Below are positions 29,280 through 37,194 of a DNA stretch of 47,710 nt, piece by piece. Every line of letters starts with the position of its first letter. Within the stretch, counting starts at the first letter, position 1. The notes under the pieces were generated by a model, which ran no database searches, was not told the origin of the DNA, and saw only the letters and a list, made by a program, of their open reading frames with translations. This DNA is from a virus (taxonomy: Duplodnaviria > Caudoviricetes), in the IMG/VR virus record IMGVR_UViG_3300037183_000093, positions 1 through 47,710 of that record. One strand, written 5' to 3'. A program made the translations under genes and the position numbers.

Positions 29280-29920
29280 AATCGCTCGCTGTTTGTCTGC
29301 TCTTGCTCGCTGCACTGCTAGGCGGGTGCACAACTCCCACCCAGACCACACCCGACGTCAACTACTGGTCCTACAGCGGAGATGCCAACGGTTCGCTGTT
29401 CCTGACCAACCCGGACAATCCGGCCGGAGTGCAGCTGCGCCAGGGGCCGCTGCCCGTGTTCGTGATCCCGGGCATCACGATCATCCTGCCGGATGCGTCC
29501 GGCTACAACGACGTGCTCAAGTTCAGCCACGTGGTGAACATGCTGGTGGACGGACCGACCACGGTATATACTGGTGGCAATCAGAAGGAGAATGCCATCG
29601 ACATGAACAATCTGTGTTCCAACATTACCTTCCGTGCGGTGACACTGCAAGAGGGCAAGGAAAACGCCTGGACAATCAAGGGTGGCTGCACGGGCATCCA
29701 CGCGGACACAGTCACGCTCACCGGCCCGTTCTCGGGCGAATGCGATATGGAGCTGGGTGGCGTTTCTGCCCAGGCCCCTACTCAGCGCACCACAGGGGTA
29801 TCCATGGGCAGTCTGGATCGCACGGACGGCCAGCCGGTGCGCGTGCGCGTGTGGTCGTCCAAGGCTGATTCTCCTTTAGTTAACACCGGCAACGTGGTAA
29901 TCACTACCATTCACCTGTAG
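29276..29920 (+). CDS. Lipoprotein with beta-helix-like domain
   Basis: Lipobox LLGG-C; Asn/Gly-spaced beta repeats (ENAIDMNNLCSNITF...AWTIKGGCTGI). Confidence 0.65.
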   Translation: MKSLAVCLLLLAALLGGCTTPTQTTPDVNYWSYSGDANGSLFLTNPDNPAGVQLRQGPLPVFVIPGITIILPDASGYNDVLKFSHVVNMLVDGPTTVYTGGNQKENAIDMNNLCSNITFRAVTLQEGKENAWTIKGGCTGIHADTVTLTGPFSGECDMELGGVSAQAPTQRTTGVSMGSLDRTDGQPVRVRVWSSKADSPLVNTGNVVITTIHL

Positions 29921-29943
29921 CTCAACTCAGTCACCAACCCAAC

Positions 29944-30321
29944 ATGAAAAACATAATCCGAATCCTTGCCCTCGGCGCGCTCTTGTGCGCAGCGGTGGGC
30001 CTGCCCTCAGCCTGTGCCTCCACGGCCGTGACCGTGGTGGGCAAAACCATCACCATTGCCTACGTGGCCAACGGCAGCCAGCCGTTCACTCAGCAGTGGC
30101 AGAAAGACGGCGTCGCTATCCCAGGTGCTACCGCGCCTACCTACGTGATCCAGGCGGCCAAGCTGACCGACGCTGGCGTGTACACCGTGGTAGTATCCAA
30201 TGCGGCCGGATCCACCACGTCGGACAACGCCACCATCTCGTTCCTGGTCGCCCCTTCGGGCGCGGTTACGGGGGTGCAGGTCACGCTCAAGGGAGTGACA
30301 ACCTTTTACCCCGTGGGTTAG
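29944..30321 (+). CDS. Exported immunoglobulin I-set domain protein
   Basis: Signal peptide, then ANGSQPFTQQWQKDG..IPGAT......DAGVYTVVVSNAAGS (Ig I-set signature). Confidence 0.8.
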   Translation: MKNIIRILALGALLCAAVGLPSACASTAVTVVGKTITIAYVANGSQPFTQQWQKDGVAIPGATAPTYVIQAAKLTDAGVYTVVVSNAAGSTTSDNATISFLVAPSGAVTGVQVTLKGVTTFYPVG

Positions 30322-30380
30322 GTACACAGCCACGCCCCCAATTTCCGTCAGAGTATAAACGCCAGTAAACAGAAAGTGTC

Positions 30381-30863
30381 ATGAAACCCAACCGCAATAT
30401 CAGCCTCCTCGTCACGGTTGCCCTGCTCAGCATCACGCTGGCCGGGTGTCCGAAGACTCCCACCCTTGAAGCGGGTGGCCCCTACAGCAGCGTGGCCAAC
30501 TATGAGATGGATCGCTCCATTCTGGACGGTGTGAAGGTCTTGAACGACTTCACTGCCTGGACGGACGCCAACTCTGCCTACCTGACCGCCAACGCGCCCC
30601 AGGTAATGACCCTGGCCGTGCAGATCAAGGCGAACAAAGACATGTGGGAGACCCAGGCGCTCAACGCCCGGTCTGCCTATGCCTCGTCGGTCAAGGCGTA
30701 CAACGACGCCGTGGCCGCTGCCAAGGCCAACAACACACCGCTGCCGGACGGATCTGTAGTCGCCACAGCGCACGACAAACTGCTCGGCGCCATGGCGGTG
30801 ATTCAGAACCTGCTGCCGGTCATCGCACAGTTCCGCAGTACGGTGGTCATCAAGACATCGTAG
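30381..30863 (+). CDS. Helical lipoprotein
   Basis: Lipobox ITLAG-C after a hydrophobic signal; amphipathic helices. Confidence 0.75.
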   Translation: MKPNRNISLLVTVALLSITLAGCPKTPTLEAGGPYSSVANYEMDRSILDGVKVLNDFTAWTDANSAYLTANAPQVMTLAVQIKANKDMWETQALNARSAYASSVKAYNDAVAAAKANNTPLPDGSVVATAHDKLLGAMAVIQNLLPVIAQFRSTVVIKTS

Positions 30864-30906
30864 CTCCCCCGACCGCAACCACAACTCACAGTAGCCACTC
30901 ATTAAT

Positions 30907-31179
30907 ATGACAGCCAATAAAGCCCAACTCGATGCCGGCGCCGATGATGCCATGACGGTTATCAACGTCATCGGCCAGCTGGTCAACGCACTCGTCCCCG
31001 GTGAGGCGCAGGTCGTCGCAATTGCGACGGGCGCCGCGTCTCTGATCCGCAACACGCTCGTTCCGATGTTTGAGCACCTGACGGAGGAGCAGATCACCCT
31101 CGCCGAGCAAGTTGCCACCAAGGCCGAAGTCGACGCCGAGCGCCTGCGCCTCGGCATGAAGCCCGACCCGATCAACTAG
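30907..31179 (+). CDS. Hypothetical protein
   Basis: 90 aa with amphipathic/hydrophobic helices. Confidence 0.6.
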   Translation: MTANKAQLDAGADDAMTVINVIGQLVNALVPGEAQVVAIATGAASLIRNTLVPMFEHLTEEQITLAEQVATKAEVDAERLRLGMKPDPIN

Positions 31180-31181
31180 GT

Positions 31182-31230
31182 GTAGTCATCCAGTTCCCGG
31201 TGCCCAGCGGCCGGGGACTGCATTGACTAC
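31182..31230 (+). promoter_or_regulatory. Long hairpin upstream of the last late gene
   Basis: GTAGTCA/TGACTAC outer stem plus CAGTTCCCGG/CCGGGGACTG inner stem, ending 9 nt before ATG 31240. Confidence 0.5.
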
Positions 31231-31239
31231 TCCTCTTCC

Positions 31240-31779
31240 ATGAAAAACTCCCGACGTTGGACCATAGAGACGCTGCACGAGCATTTTGATGAGACCATGG
31301 TGCTGCGAGATCGGCTCAACGATGAGCGTGCCGTCTCGCAGGAGAAGGCCGTCATTGCTGCACTGGCCTCGGCAAAAGAGGCAGTGAACAAGGCGGAGGC
31401 TGCGGCGGAGAAACGATTCGAGAGCGTCAACGAGCTGCGCGGCATGGCTACGGACATCCTGGCCAGGACGGTAACCCGCGATGTGTTTGAGGCAGCAATC
31501 AAGGCAATCGACGCCAAGATCGTGTCTGCCGTGGACACGTGGGACAAGCGCCACCTAGAGAGCGTGGACCGTGTGGTCTCTCTGGAGAAGCGCCAGGCTG
31601 TTGCCATCGGCGAAAAGACTGGTGCCAAGGACACCGTGGACAACAGCCGGGCCAACATCGCGCTGATCATTACGGCGATTCTGTTCGCGGTCAACTTTCT
31701 ACAGTTCATGTGGAACTTCTTCCCGCACACGCCCATCGTGCAAGAAGTAATCCCAGCGGTTAAGACCATTACCCCTTGA
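31240..31779 (+). CDS. Coiled-coil protein with C-terminal transmembrane helix
   Basis: EKAVIAALASAKEAVNKAEAAAEKRFESVNELR; C-terminal IALIITAILFAVNFL. Its stop overlaps the convergent gene. Confidence 0.7.
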   Translation: MKNSRRWTIETLHEHFDETMVLRDRLNDERAVSQEKAVIAALASAKEAVNKAEAAAEKRFESVNELRGMATDILARTVTRDVFEAAIKAIDAKIVSAVDTWDKRHLESVDRVVSLEKRQAVAIGEKTGAKDTVDNSRANIALIITAILFAVNFLQFMWNFFPHTPIVQEVIPAVKTITP

Positions 31780-32161
31780 CTGGGGTGTGGTAGGCGCCCT
31801 CGCCATCCGCCGCGCCGAAATGGCGCCTGGGGTGCCGGCTCTCCTCGAACTCCAGGAGGGCCTCGTTGGCTAGGTCCACCAGGTGCTCCAGGTTGCCCGT
31901 CTCGGCGTAGAAGGAGGCCCGCCGGCGGATGGAAGCCACCCGGTCATACTGACGTTTGCCAGGAGCGTGGAGGAGGCCGTAGCGCAAAGCGCCCATGATT
32001 AAGCGATTGCGCATCAGGAGCTCGAACCGAGGGCTCCATTCGCTCCTCTCCAGGGCTTCCAGGCGTGTTTGGGGGTCGCCGAAGGGGGGTGGTGGCAACG
32101 CCAGGCCCGCCTGGGCCTCCAGACGGGCAGATAGGACGTGGTGGACGTACTGGTACCTCAC
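31769..32161 (-). CDS. Putative all-alpha nucleotide pyrophosphohydrolase-like protein
   Basis: MRNRLIMGALRYG...GNLEHLVDLANEALLEF resembles MazG-fold/dNTP diphosphohydrolase helices; coupled to the HD gene. Confidence 0.45.
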   Translation of the reverse strand: MRYQYVHHVLSARLEAQAGLALPPPPFGDPQTRLEALERSEWSPRFELLMRNRLIMGALRYGLLHAPGKRQYDRVASIRRRASFYAETGNLEHLVDLANEALLEFEESRHPRRHFGAADGEGAYHTPVKG

Positions 32162-32739
32162 GTGGTGGGCGCCCAGGCGTCGGCCAGGAGGTGGGCGCGG
32201 TTAACTTCCTGCTGGAAAAGGGCAGCGGGGATGGTCCTGTCGTTCTCTGGATCAATGGTCGGGGAACCGAATTTCTTCAGGGCATAGTCCAGGGCCTGGA
32301 CCCAACGGCCGGTGACAAACCCGTTGCCGGCGACCTCCGTCTTGCGGCACCAGATGAGGCCCTCCAGTGTGTCACACACCTTGAGGACGGCCTCGTCGTG
32401 GGGATCCAAGGAGACGGCACCCATAACCAGGAAATCGTGAATGTGGATCTCGAGTTCGCGGAACCGGCGCTTGACCTCAGGATGGTCACGCTTGACGGTG
32501 AAGGGCACGTCGCCGATGAAGATCTCGGCGGCATCGTGCATGATGGCCTGCTGAAGCAAGGCGGCGCTGGGAGCGCCCCCGGTGATGTAGACGGCCAGGA
32601 CGGCAACGCCCCAGCTGTGGAGGCCGACGGTCTGGGGAGCCACGGACGGTGCCGCGTGGTAGCGAGCGACCCGGCCGGACTCGAGCGTGTTGGCGGCGCG
32701 CTGGTGAGTAGCGATGGCAATTGCAGGGGGAGGAGTCAT
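32158..32739 (-). CDS. HD-domain 5'-deoxynucleotidase (YfbR-like)
   Basis: ARYH...QTVGLHSW; AIMHDAAEIFIGDVP; LKVCDTLE. Confidence 0.85.
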   Translation of the reverse strand: MTPPPAIAIATHQRAANTLESGRVARYHAAPSVAPQTVGLHSWGVAVLAVYITGGAPSAALLQQAIMHDAAEIFIGDVPFTVKRDHPEVKRRFRELEIHIHDFLVMGAVSLDPHDEAVLKVCDTLEGLIWCRKTEVAGNGFVTGRWVQALDYALKKFGSPTIDPENDRTIPAALFQQEVNRAHLLADAWAPTT

Positions 32740-32772
32740 GGGTGGTGGGAGATGGGTTAAGGGAAGAGAAGG

Positions 32773-33798
32773 TCAGCGCGCAGAGGCAGGGGTCACGGCG
32801 TGGCGATTCAGCCAGCCCTGGACGGCCAGGCGCCAGTCGTCAGCCTGAATATCCGACGCCCACTCGTCAGCTTTGAATTGATCGCCGAGCTTGCGCATGT
32901 GCCAGGACATGAACACGGGCATGGCCACGCTGTGGATGAACAGCGACTGGCACGTCTTGCGGAAGGCCAGCAGCGGCGCATAGTCCTGGTGGCGCACAGC
33001 GTAGACGCACGCAGTGATGAAGAGGGCGAGGTCGGAGTCGAACCGGGCACGCTGCCCTGGTTCAGCAAACAGCGGCGGGCAGCCCTGCACTGCGGGGGTG
33101 CCGTAGTGGTCAGTCATGCGCGCGGCGCACACGGCAGCCCACTGAGGGTTGTCCGTGTAGACATGGAGGTTATTAGCCACGTGTGTCCATGGGCCCAGTT
33201 CCTTCCCCAGGGCGCAGGCCACGTACTCCTGGAAGAAGGACATATGAACCACATTCGCGCCGCTGAGGATGCCCCAGATGGCATCGTTCGAGCGGTTGAA
33301 GCTCGTCATGCACAACCGACCATCCACCAGCTCAAACAGCAACATTAGGTTGCAGGCCTTGTCCTTGGTGGATCGGATAAGATCACGTGGGTCCCACAGG
33401 CATGCCACGGCCTGGCGGCTGTCAGGCTTGGCGGCGAGCTCCTCGATGACAGTTTCCAACTGGTCACCCCACTGCTCGCGAAGCCGGGTGCCATAGAAAG
33501 CATTGTAGCGCTCCCCGTCGTCGGAGTAGTTGCGCATGTTGGCGGCGAAGTAGCTCAGGAACTCCACACTGTTGTAGGCGGCCAACATCGCCATGGCCTC
33601 CATCAGGTGGAAGAACGGGTTGGCGTCCCGGGCAGGACAGAAGTTCACCCGTTCGCGCGGGCGCTGAGCCACCAGGGTGGTGCAGCCGGGGAGCCGCAGG
33701 ACTGGTCCGTTGCGGCTGGTCGTGGGGACACCACGCCGAAGGAGGTCCGCGTAGACCTGGAGGGCGAGGCGATTGTGGTTGCGGTCGGTGTATTCCAT
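32773..33798 (-). CDS. Thymidylate synthase-family enzyme, probable dUMP hydroxymethylase
   Basis: SRNG; RDANPFFHLMEA; YSDDG; DSRQAV..LWDP; catalytic KDKAC; RSNDAIWG...GAN (Asn = uracil specificity); NNLHVY. Resembles the YuA/M6-type enzyme. Confidence 0.85.
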   Translation of the reverse strand: MEYTDRNHNRLALQVYADLLRRGVPTTSRNGPVLRLPGCTTLVAQRPRERVNFCPARDANPFFHLMEAMAMLAAYNSVEFLSYFAANMRNYSDDGERYNAFYGTRLREQWGDQLETVIEELAAKPDSRQAVACLWDPRDLIRSTKDKACNLMLLFELVDGRLCMTSFNRSNDAIWGILSGANVVHMSFFQEYVACALGKELGPWTHVANNLHVYTDNPQWAAVCAARMTDHYGTPAVQGCPPLFAEPGQRARFDSDLALFITACVYAVRHQDYAPLLAFRKTCQSLFIHSVAMPVFMSWHMRKLGDQFKADEWASDIQADDWRLAVQGWLNRHAVTPASAR

Positions 33799-33799
33799 G

Positions 33800-34693
33800 T
33801 TATGGGTATGTGTGTAGACGGGCAGTCTCTCCGTGCAGGACACGCTCGTGCTTGTCCCACTCGCAGAAGCAGTTGGCCAGGTTGTTGGGATCGTAGAATG
33901 TGGTGTTGAAGAAGTTCTCGTCTGAGAGTGTCCGGCGGATCTCGAGCAGACGTGCGACGTAGGTTTGCTGCGTCCGGCTGAAGTTCAGTGGTCCCTCGGG
34001 GCCAAAGCCGGCGTAGCGGTCCAGACCGCGCCGGGTGCCCGGGCCGCAGAGGACGAACGTGCCCTTGTCGGGCATCGCGGCGCCCCAGGGTGTGTGGCGC
34101 AGGTCGGCGCAGACCTGGTTGGCGAGGAAGTCGCCAATGCCCATGATCTGCACCAGCCGCGTGGCCACCTCGGCCAGCGACCGCATGTCGCGCCACGTGA
34201 CCGTCTGTGCCTCCTCGACGGCGGCCATGTAGTATTGGTCCACGGTGCGCCCGCGGCCGTTGTTGCCGTGCACGGGCATCATGTAGGCGCCGCGCATGGT
34301 TTTTCCGCCGGCTGCGCGCAGGGCGTCCAGCTTGCGCAGGGCCACGGCGGGGATGATCACCGGCAGGATCACCGCCAGCGTCGGCGGGTGGTTCCAGATG
34401 CGCGTGGCCAGGAGCTGCACGACGAGCTGCTCCGGCCCCTGCTCGAGGAAAACCAGCTTGTCACGCACGTTGGCCTTCACCCACCGCGTGACGGCGTCGT
34501 CCTCGCGGTTGATGTTGCAGAAGCGATTGACGGCGATGATGGGGTCGTTGCTGTGGGGCGGCGGCCCACCGACGAGCTCCTTGACCAGGCGCGCTTGCTC
34601 GCGGGCCTCGACAAACAGGCGGAAGCGCGTAGGCGCCCCCCGCATGCGACGGTCGGCCTTCCACAGTTCATCGGACTGAAGTATGTGTTTCAC
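33800..34693 (-). CDS. aGPT-Pplase1 family (alpha-glutamyl/putrescinyl thymine modification; HhH glycosylase-like fold) protein
   Basis: FVEAREQAR...PPHSNDPII...RFCNINREDDAVT; RIWN; MRGAYMM; GIGDFLANQVCADL; GPGTRRGL; NCFCEWDKHER. Confidence 0.8.
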   Translation of the reverse strand: MKHILQSDELWKADRRMRGAPTRFRLFVEAREQARLVKELVGGPPPHSNDPIIAVNRFCNINREDDAVTRWVKANVRDKLVFLEQGPEQLVVQLLATRIWNHPPTLAVILPVIIPAVALRKLDALRAAGGKTMRGAYMMPVHGNNGRGRTVDQYYMAAVEEAQTVTWRDMRSLAEVATRLVQIMGIGDFLANQVCADLRHTPWGAAMPDKGTFVLCGPGTRRGLDRYAGFGPEGPLNFSRTQQTYVARLLEIRRTLSDENFFNTTFYDPNNLANCFCEWDKHERVLHGETARLHTYP

Positions 34694-35181
34694 AGGAGAG
34701 GGGAGTAGAAGAGCTCGGGCGTGGCGGGGCTGTCCTTGTCCCAGAAGAATAGCGTGGCCTCCGGCAGCAGGGCTGCCATGGCCTTCAAGACGGCGCGGTT
34801 GTCCTCGACGAATGCGTCGATCTCGCAGTCACGCAGCACACCAACCTTGAACGCGGCTACGTTGCGGATGGTGCGCCCGGTGCTGAGCAGGTACAGGGGT
34901 ACATCGCCCAGGTCGTTGCCCTCGAGCCAGGCCAAGGTGCACGCGCTCACGTCCGGCGTGGCCTTGCGGGCAGAGAGGATGATCGTGGGGCGCACGTCCG
35001 GCTGGCCCAGGGCCTCGGCGCCGGCGTACCACGCCAGGGTGGCGCTCCGGGCGGCCTGGCGCTCCGGGCCGTTCATGCGCATCCAGGGGATGTCGTACGG
35101 CGGGGGCTTGACGGCGAGGACGCCGTCCAGGTCAAAGCCCCAGCGTGTGTATTGCAGCGTAGCCAAAGAGATCGGTTTCAT
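34690..35181 (-). CDS. HAD-superfamily phosphatase
   Basis: Motif I FDLDGVL; motif II ILSAR; motif III FK; motif IV FVEDN. Start at ATG 35181 or 35196. Confidence 0.8.
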   Translation of the reverse strand: MKPISLATLQYTRWGFDLDGVLAVKPPPYDIPWMRMNGPERQAARSATLAWYAGAEALGQPDVRPTIILSARKATPDVSACTLAWLEGNDLGDVPLYLLSTGRTIRNVAAFKVGVLRDCEIDAFVEDNRAVLKAMAALLPEATLFFWDKDSPATPELFYSPLL

Positions 35182-36112
35182 CGGAGGAGACGGCATTGCG
35201 CTGGTCGCGCACGATGGAGCGGCGGAAGCCCTCGTCCAGGAGGGCGGAGGCAAGGTGGCCAAGGGTGGAGCAGTCACTCACCTGCATGCCCCACCAGAGG
35301 GCGGGATTGCCAGGGAAGGTGAGCACGGGGACGCCCGCGGCCAGGGCGTGGTAGGCGCGGCCGGTGCGCCAGCCCAGCACGGCGTGCGTCCGGTCGAACG
35401 CGCACACGACGCCCAGGTAGCGGCGATAGGCCGCGCGGCGTTCCGCCTGCTGGGGCGAGGCCACCACGGGTACGTGGTACGCAGCCCACTCGGCAGCGCT
35501 GCCCATGATCTCCACCACGCCGGAGGCCACCATCTCGGCGCACTGGACCTTGCGACCCCCTGGGCGGCCGGGGTAGACGAGGCGCTCGGCGCCAGCCGCA
35601 GCGCTCTCGTTGTACTCGTCCTGGGGCAGCCCCACGCCGGGGTTGAACTCGCGGTAGGCAGCCTCCTCGGGCGCGCCCAGCACCTCCGGGGCCAGGCCGG
35701 GGCTTTGGCAGTTGAGCAGGAACGTCCAGCGCGACCAGTCATCCTGGGGCACGTAGCGGCACACGCTGGGCTTGAGCAGGTCGGGGTCGTCACACAGGTA
35801 GGCCACGGGGACACCCGGATGCTCCGCGAGGAGCTCCTGCGTGCGGGTGTAGTCCTCGGCGTACCAGGAGCCGTTGCTCGGGCCGAACTCGAGCACGATC
35901 AGGTCGGGGTGCTCGGGCTGCGCGTACCAGTAGTCCTCGGGCGGGGCAGCCACGGTCGCCTTGGTGAGGCGCGTCGCGATGCACATCTGGTGACTTCGGC
36001 CGTGGAGCCAGCGCAGCACGTTCCGGCGCTTTTCTACCCAGGCGCCACGCGTCCCGGACTCGTGGTCCGTGAGGCCGATGGCGCCGCTGATGCGGTGGTA
36101 GAGTATTCTCAT
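35132..36112 (-). CDS. GT-B glycosyltransferase, T4 DNA beta-glucosyltransferase-like
   Basis: True start ATG 36112 (ATGA overlap). Colinear motif similarity to T4 BGT by eye: YLCDDPDL~YLFTDIRL, LVYPGRPGGR~VIYGGSFRSGQR, VEIMG~IEFFG, WRTGRAYHALAAGVPVL~FITLRVWETMASDAVML, FRRSIVRDQ~LRKEMLSIQ. Confidence 0.7.
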   Translation of the reverse strand: MRILYHRISGAIGLTDHESGTRGAWVEKRRNVLRWLHGRSHQMCIATRLTKATVAAPPEDYWYAQPEHPDLIVLEFGPSNGSWYAEDYTRTQELLAEHPGVPVAYLCDDPDLLKPSVCRYVPQDDWSRWTFLLNCQSPGLAPEVLGAPEEAAYREFNPGVGLPQDEYNESAAAGAERLVYPGRPGGRKVQCAEMVASGVVEIMGSAAEWAAYHVPVVASPQQAERRAAYRRYLGVVCAFDRTHAVLGWRTGRAYHALAAGVPVLTFPGNPALWWGMQVSDCSTLGHLASALLDEGFRRSIVRDQRNAVSSDETDLFGYAAIHTLGL

Positions 36113-36309
36113 AGGAGCTCCTCTCCGGGGACGGGCACATCCACGTCCTCCTTGTGCACGACGGGGTGCTTGGTGGTGACGCGCGCCTCTAGCTTGGGGT
36201 GGTAGTAGTCGAAGAAGCGGGACAGCCAGTCGACGGTGTCTGAGACGGTGCTGCCGTGCGGAATCACGACGGAGACAACCAGCTCCAGGCGTTCTTGGGT
36301 GGTGATCAT
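36109..36309 (-). CDS. Hypothetical 66-aa protein
   Basis: ATG 36309; coupled to the GT gene; ends GEELL. Confidence 0.6.
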   Translation of the reverse strand: MITTQERLELVVSVVIPHGSTVSDTVDWLSRFFDYYHPKLEARVTTKHPVVHKEDVDVPVPGEELL

Positions 36310-36311
36310 GG

Positions 36312-36761
36312 TCAGACGTAGTTGATGCACTCCGGGCCGAAGCCCGACTCGATGCTCTCGGGGACAGTAAGGGTGCGCCCGCAGCGACCGCAGCGCCCCT
36401 CGTGGTGGACGGTGCAGCGCGGCAGCGGCCGGCGCTCCAGCAGGTGGCCGAACAGCCACGCCGCCGCCATGGCGCTCGGGGCCGTGGGGCTGACCTTGCT
36501 GCGACGGCCGTGCTGGTAGACGAGCGGCGCGCGGCCGTCCGGGGCGCTGTGGCTGACGGTGCCCAGGTACGAGTAGTCGGCCTCGTTGTCGGGGCCGGAG
36601 AGGACGCCGACGAACCACAGATCCTTCGGCGGATCCTGGGGCGTGTCACCCTCGCACCGCTTGACGCGGAAGGTGAACCGGGCGCCGGTGGCCTCGGACA
36701 CGGCAGTGAGCCGCGCGTTGCCTGCCAGGGCGAACTTGAGGGGGTCAGAGAGGGCGTGCAT
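36312..36761 (-). CDS. DUF6011-like Zn-binding protein
   Basis: GGAGG SD before ATG 36761; GPDNE..Y.YLG; HEGRCGRCGRTLTVPESIESGFGPEC. Confidence 0.8.
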   Translation of the reverse strand: MHALSDPLKFALAGNARLTAVSEATGARFTFRVKRCEGDTPQDPPKDLWFVGVLSGPDNEADYSYLGTVSHSAPDGRAPLVYQHGRRSKVSPTAPSAMAAAWLFGHLLERRPLPRCTVHHEGRCGRCGRTLTVPESIESGFGPECINYV

Positions 36762-36771
36762 GGTGCTCCTC

Positions 36772-37167
36772 CTAGAAGATGCCCTCGAACCGGGCCTGGG
36801 TGACTGCGGCGACCACGTTGCGGTAGGCGCGCATGCCCTGCAGGTCGAGGCCCGCGGCGCCACCGGGGGAGAAGAACGCCTTGCCCAGGTCCTTGAGCGC
36901 CTGGCGGCCCCGGTCGGTGGAGCGGAGCAGTGCGGCGCCGGCCAGGCCTGCGACGCGGACGGGGTCCTCGGGCTGCTGGGCGAACAGGCAGATGGCCACG
37001 TGCTGGCTGGGCGCCTGGCGGCGGATGCTGGCGTAGCGCGCGGCGTTGGCCCTGGTAGCGAAGTTCTGGACTTCGGACAGCGGGCCGTTGGCGGTCCAAC
37101 GCAGTGGCTTGTCATGGTGGTCGCCGGAGAGGAGGGGGCGGTCGAGCTTGACGATGGAGATTTTCAC
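36772..37167 (-). CDS. Hypothetical protein
   Basis: 131 aa, GTG start, operon-consistent. Confidence 0.6.
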   Translation of the reverse strand: MKISIVKLDRPLLSGDHHDKPLRWTANGPLSEVQNFATRANAARYASIRRQAPSQHVAICLFAQQPEDPVRVAGLAGAALLRSTDRGRQALKDLGKAFFSPGGAAGLDLQGMRAYRNVVAAVTQARFEGIF

Positions 37168-37194
37168 GAGAGGTAGATTAGCGGGGTTGCGGGT

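Noticed and set aside
32773-33798. T4-like dCMP hydroxymethylase (glucosyl-hmC pathway)
   Set aside because: The specificity residue is Asn, not Asp, and the motifs resemble YuA/M6-type dUMP hydroxymethylases. Disfavoured, but not excluded without biochemistry.
35132-37099. 655-aa fusion ORF from the track
   Set aside because: The N-terminal ~328 aa overlap three better ORFs; the GT starts at ATG 36112 with an ATGA overlap.
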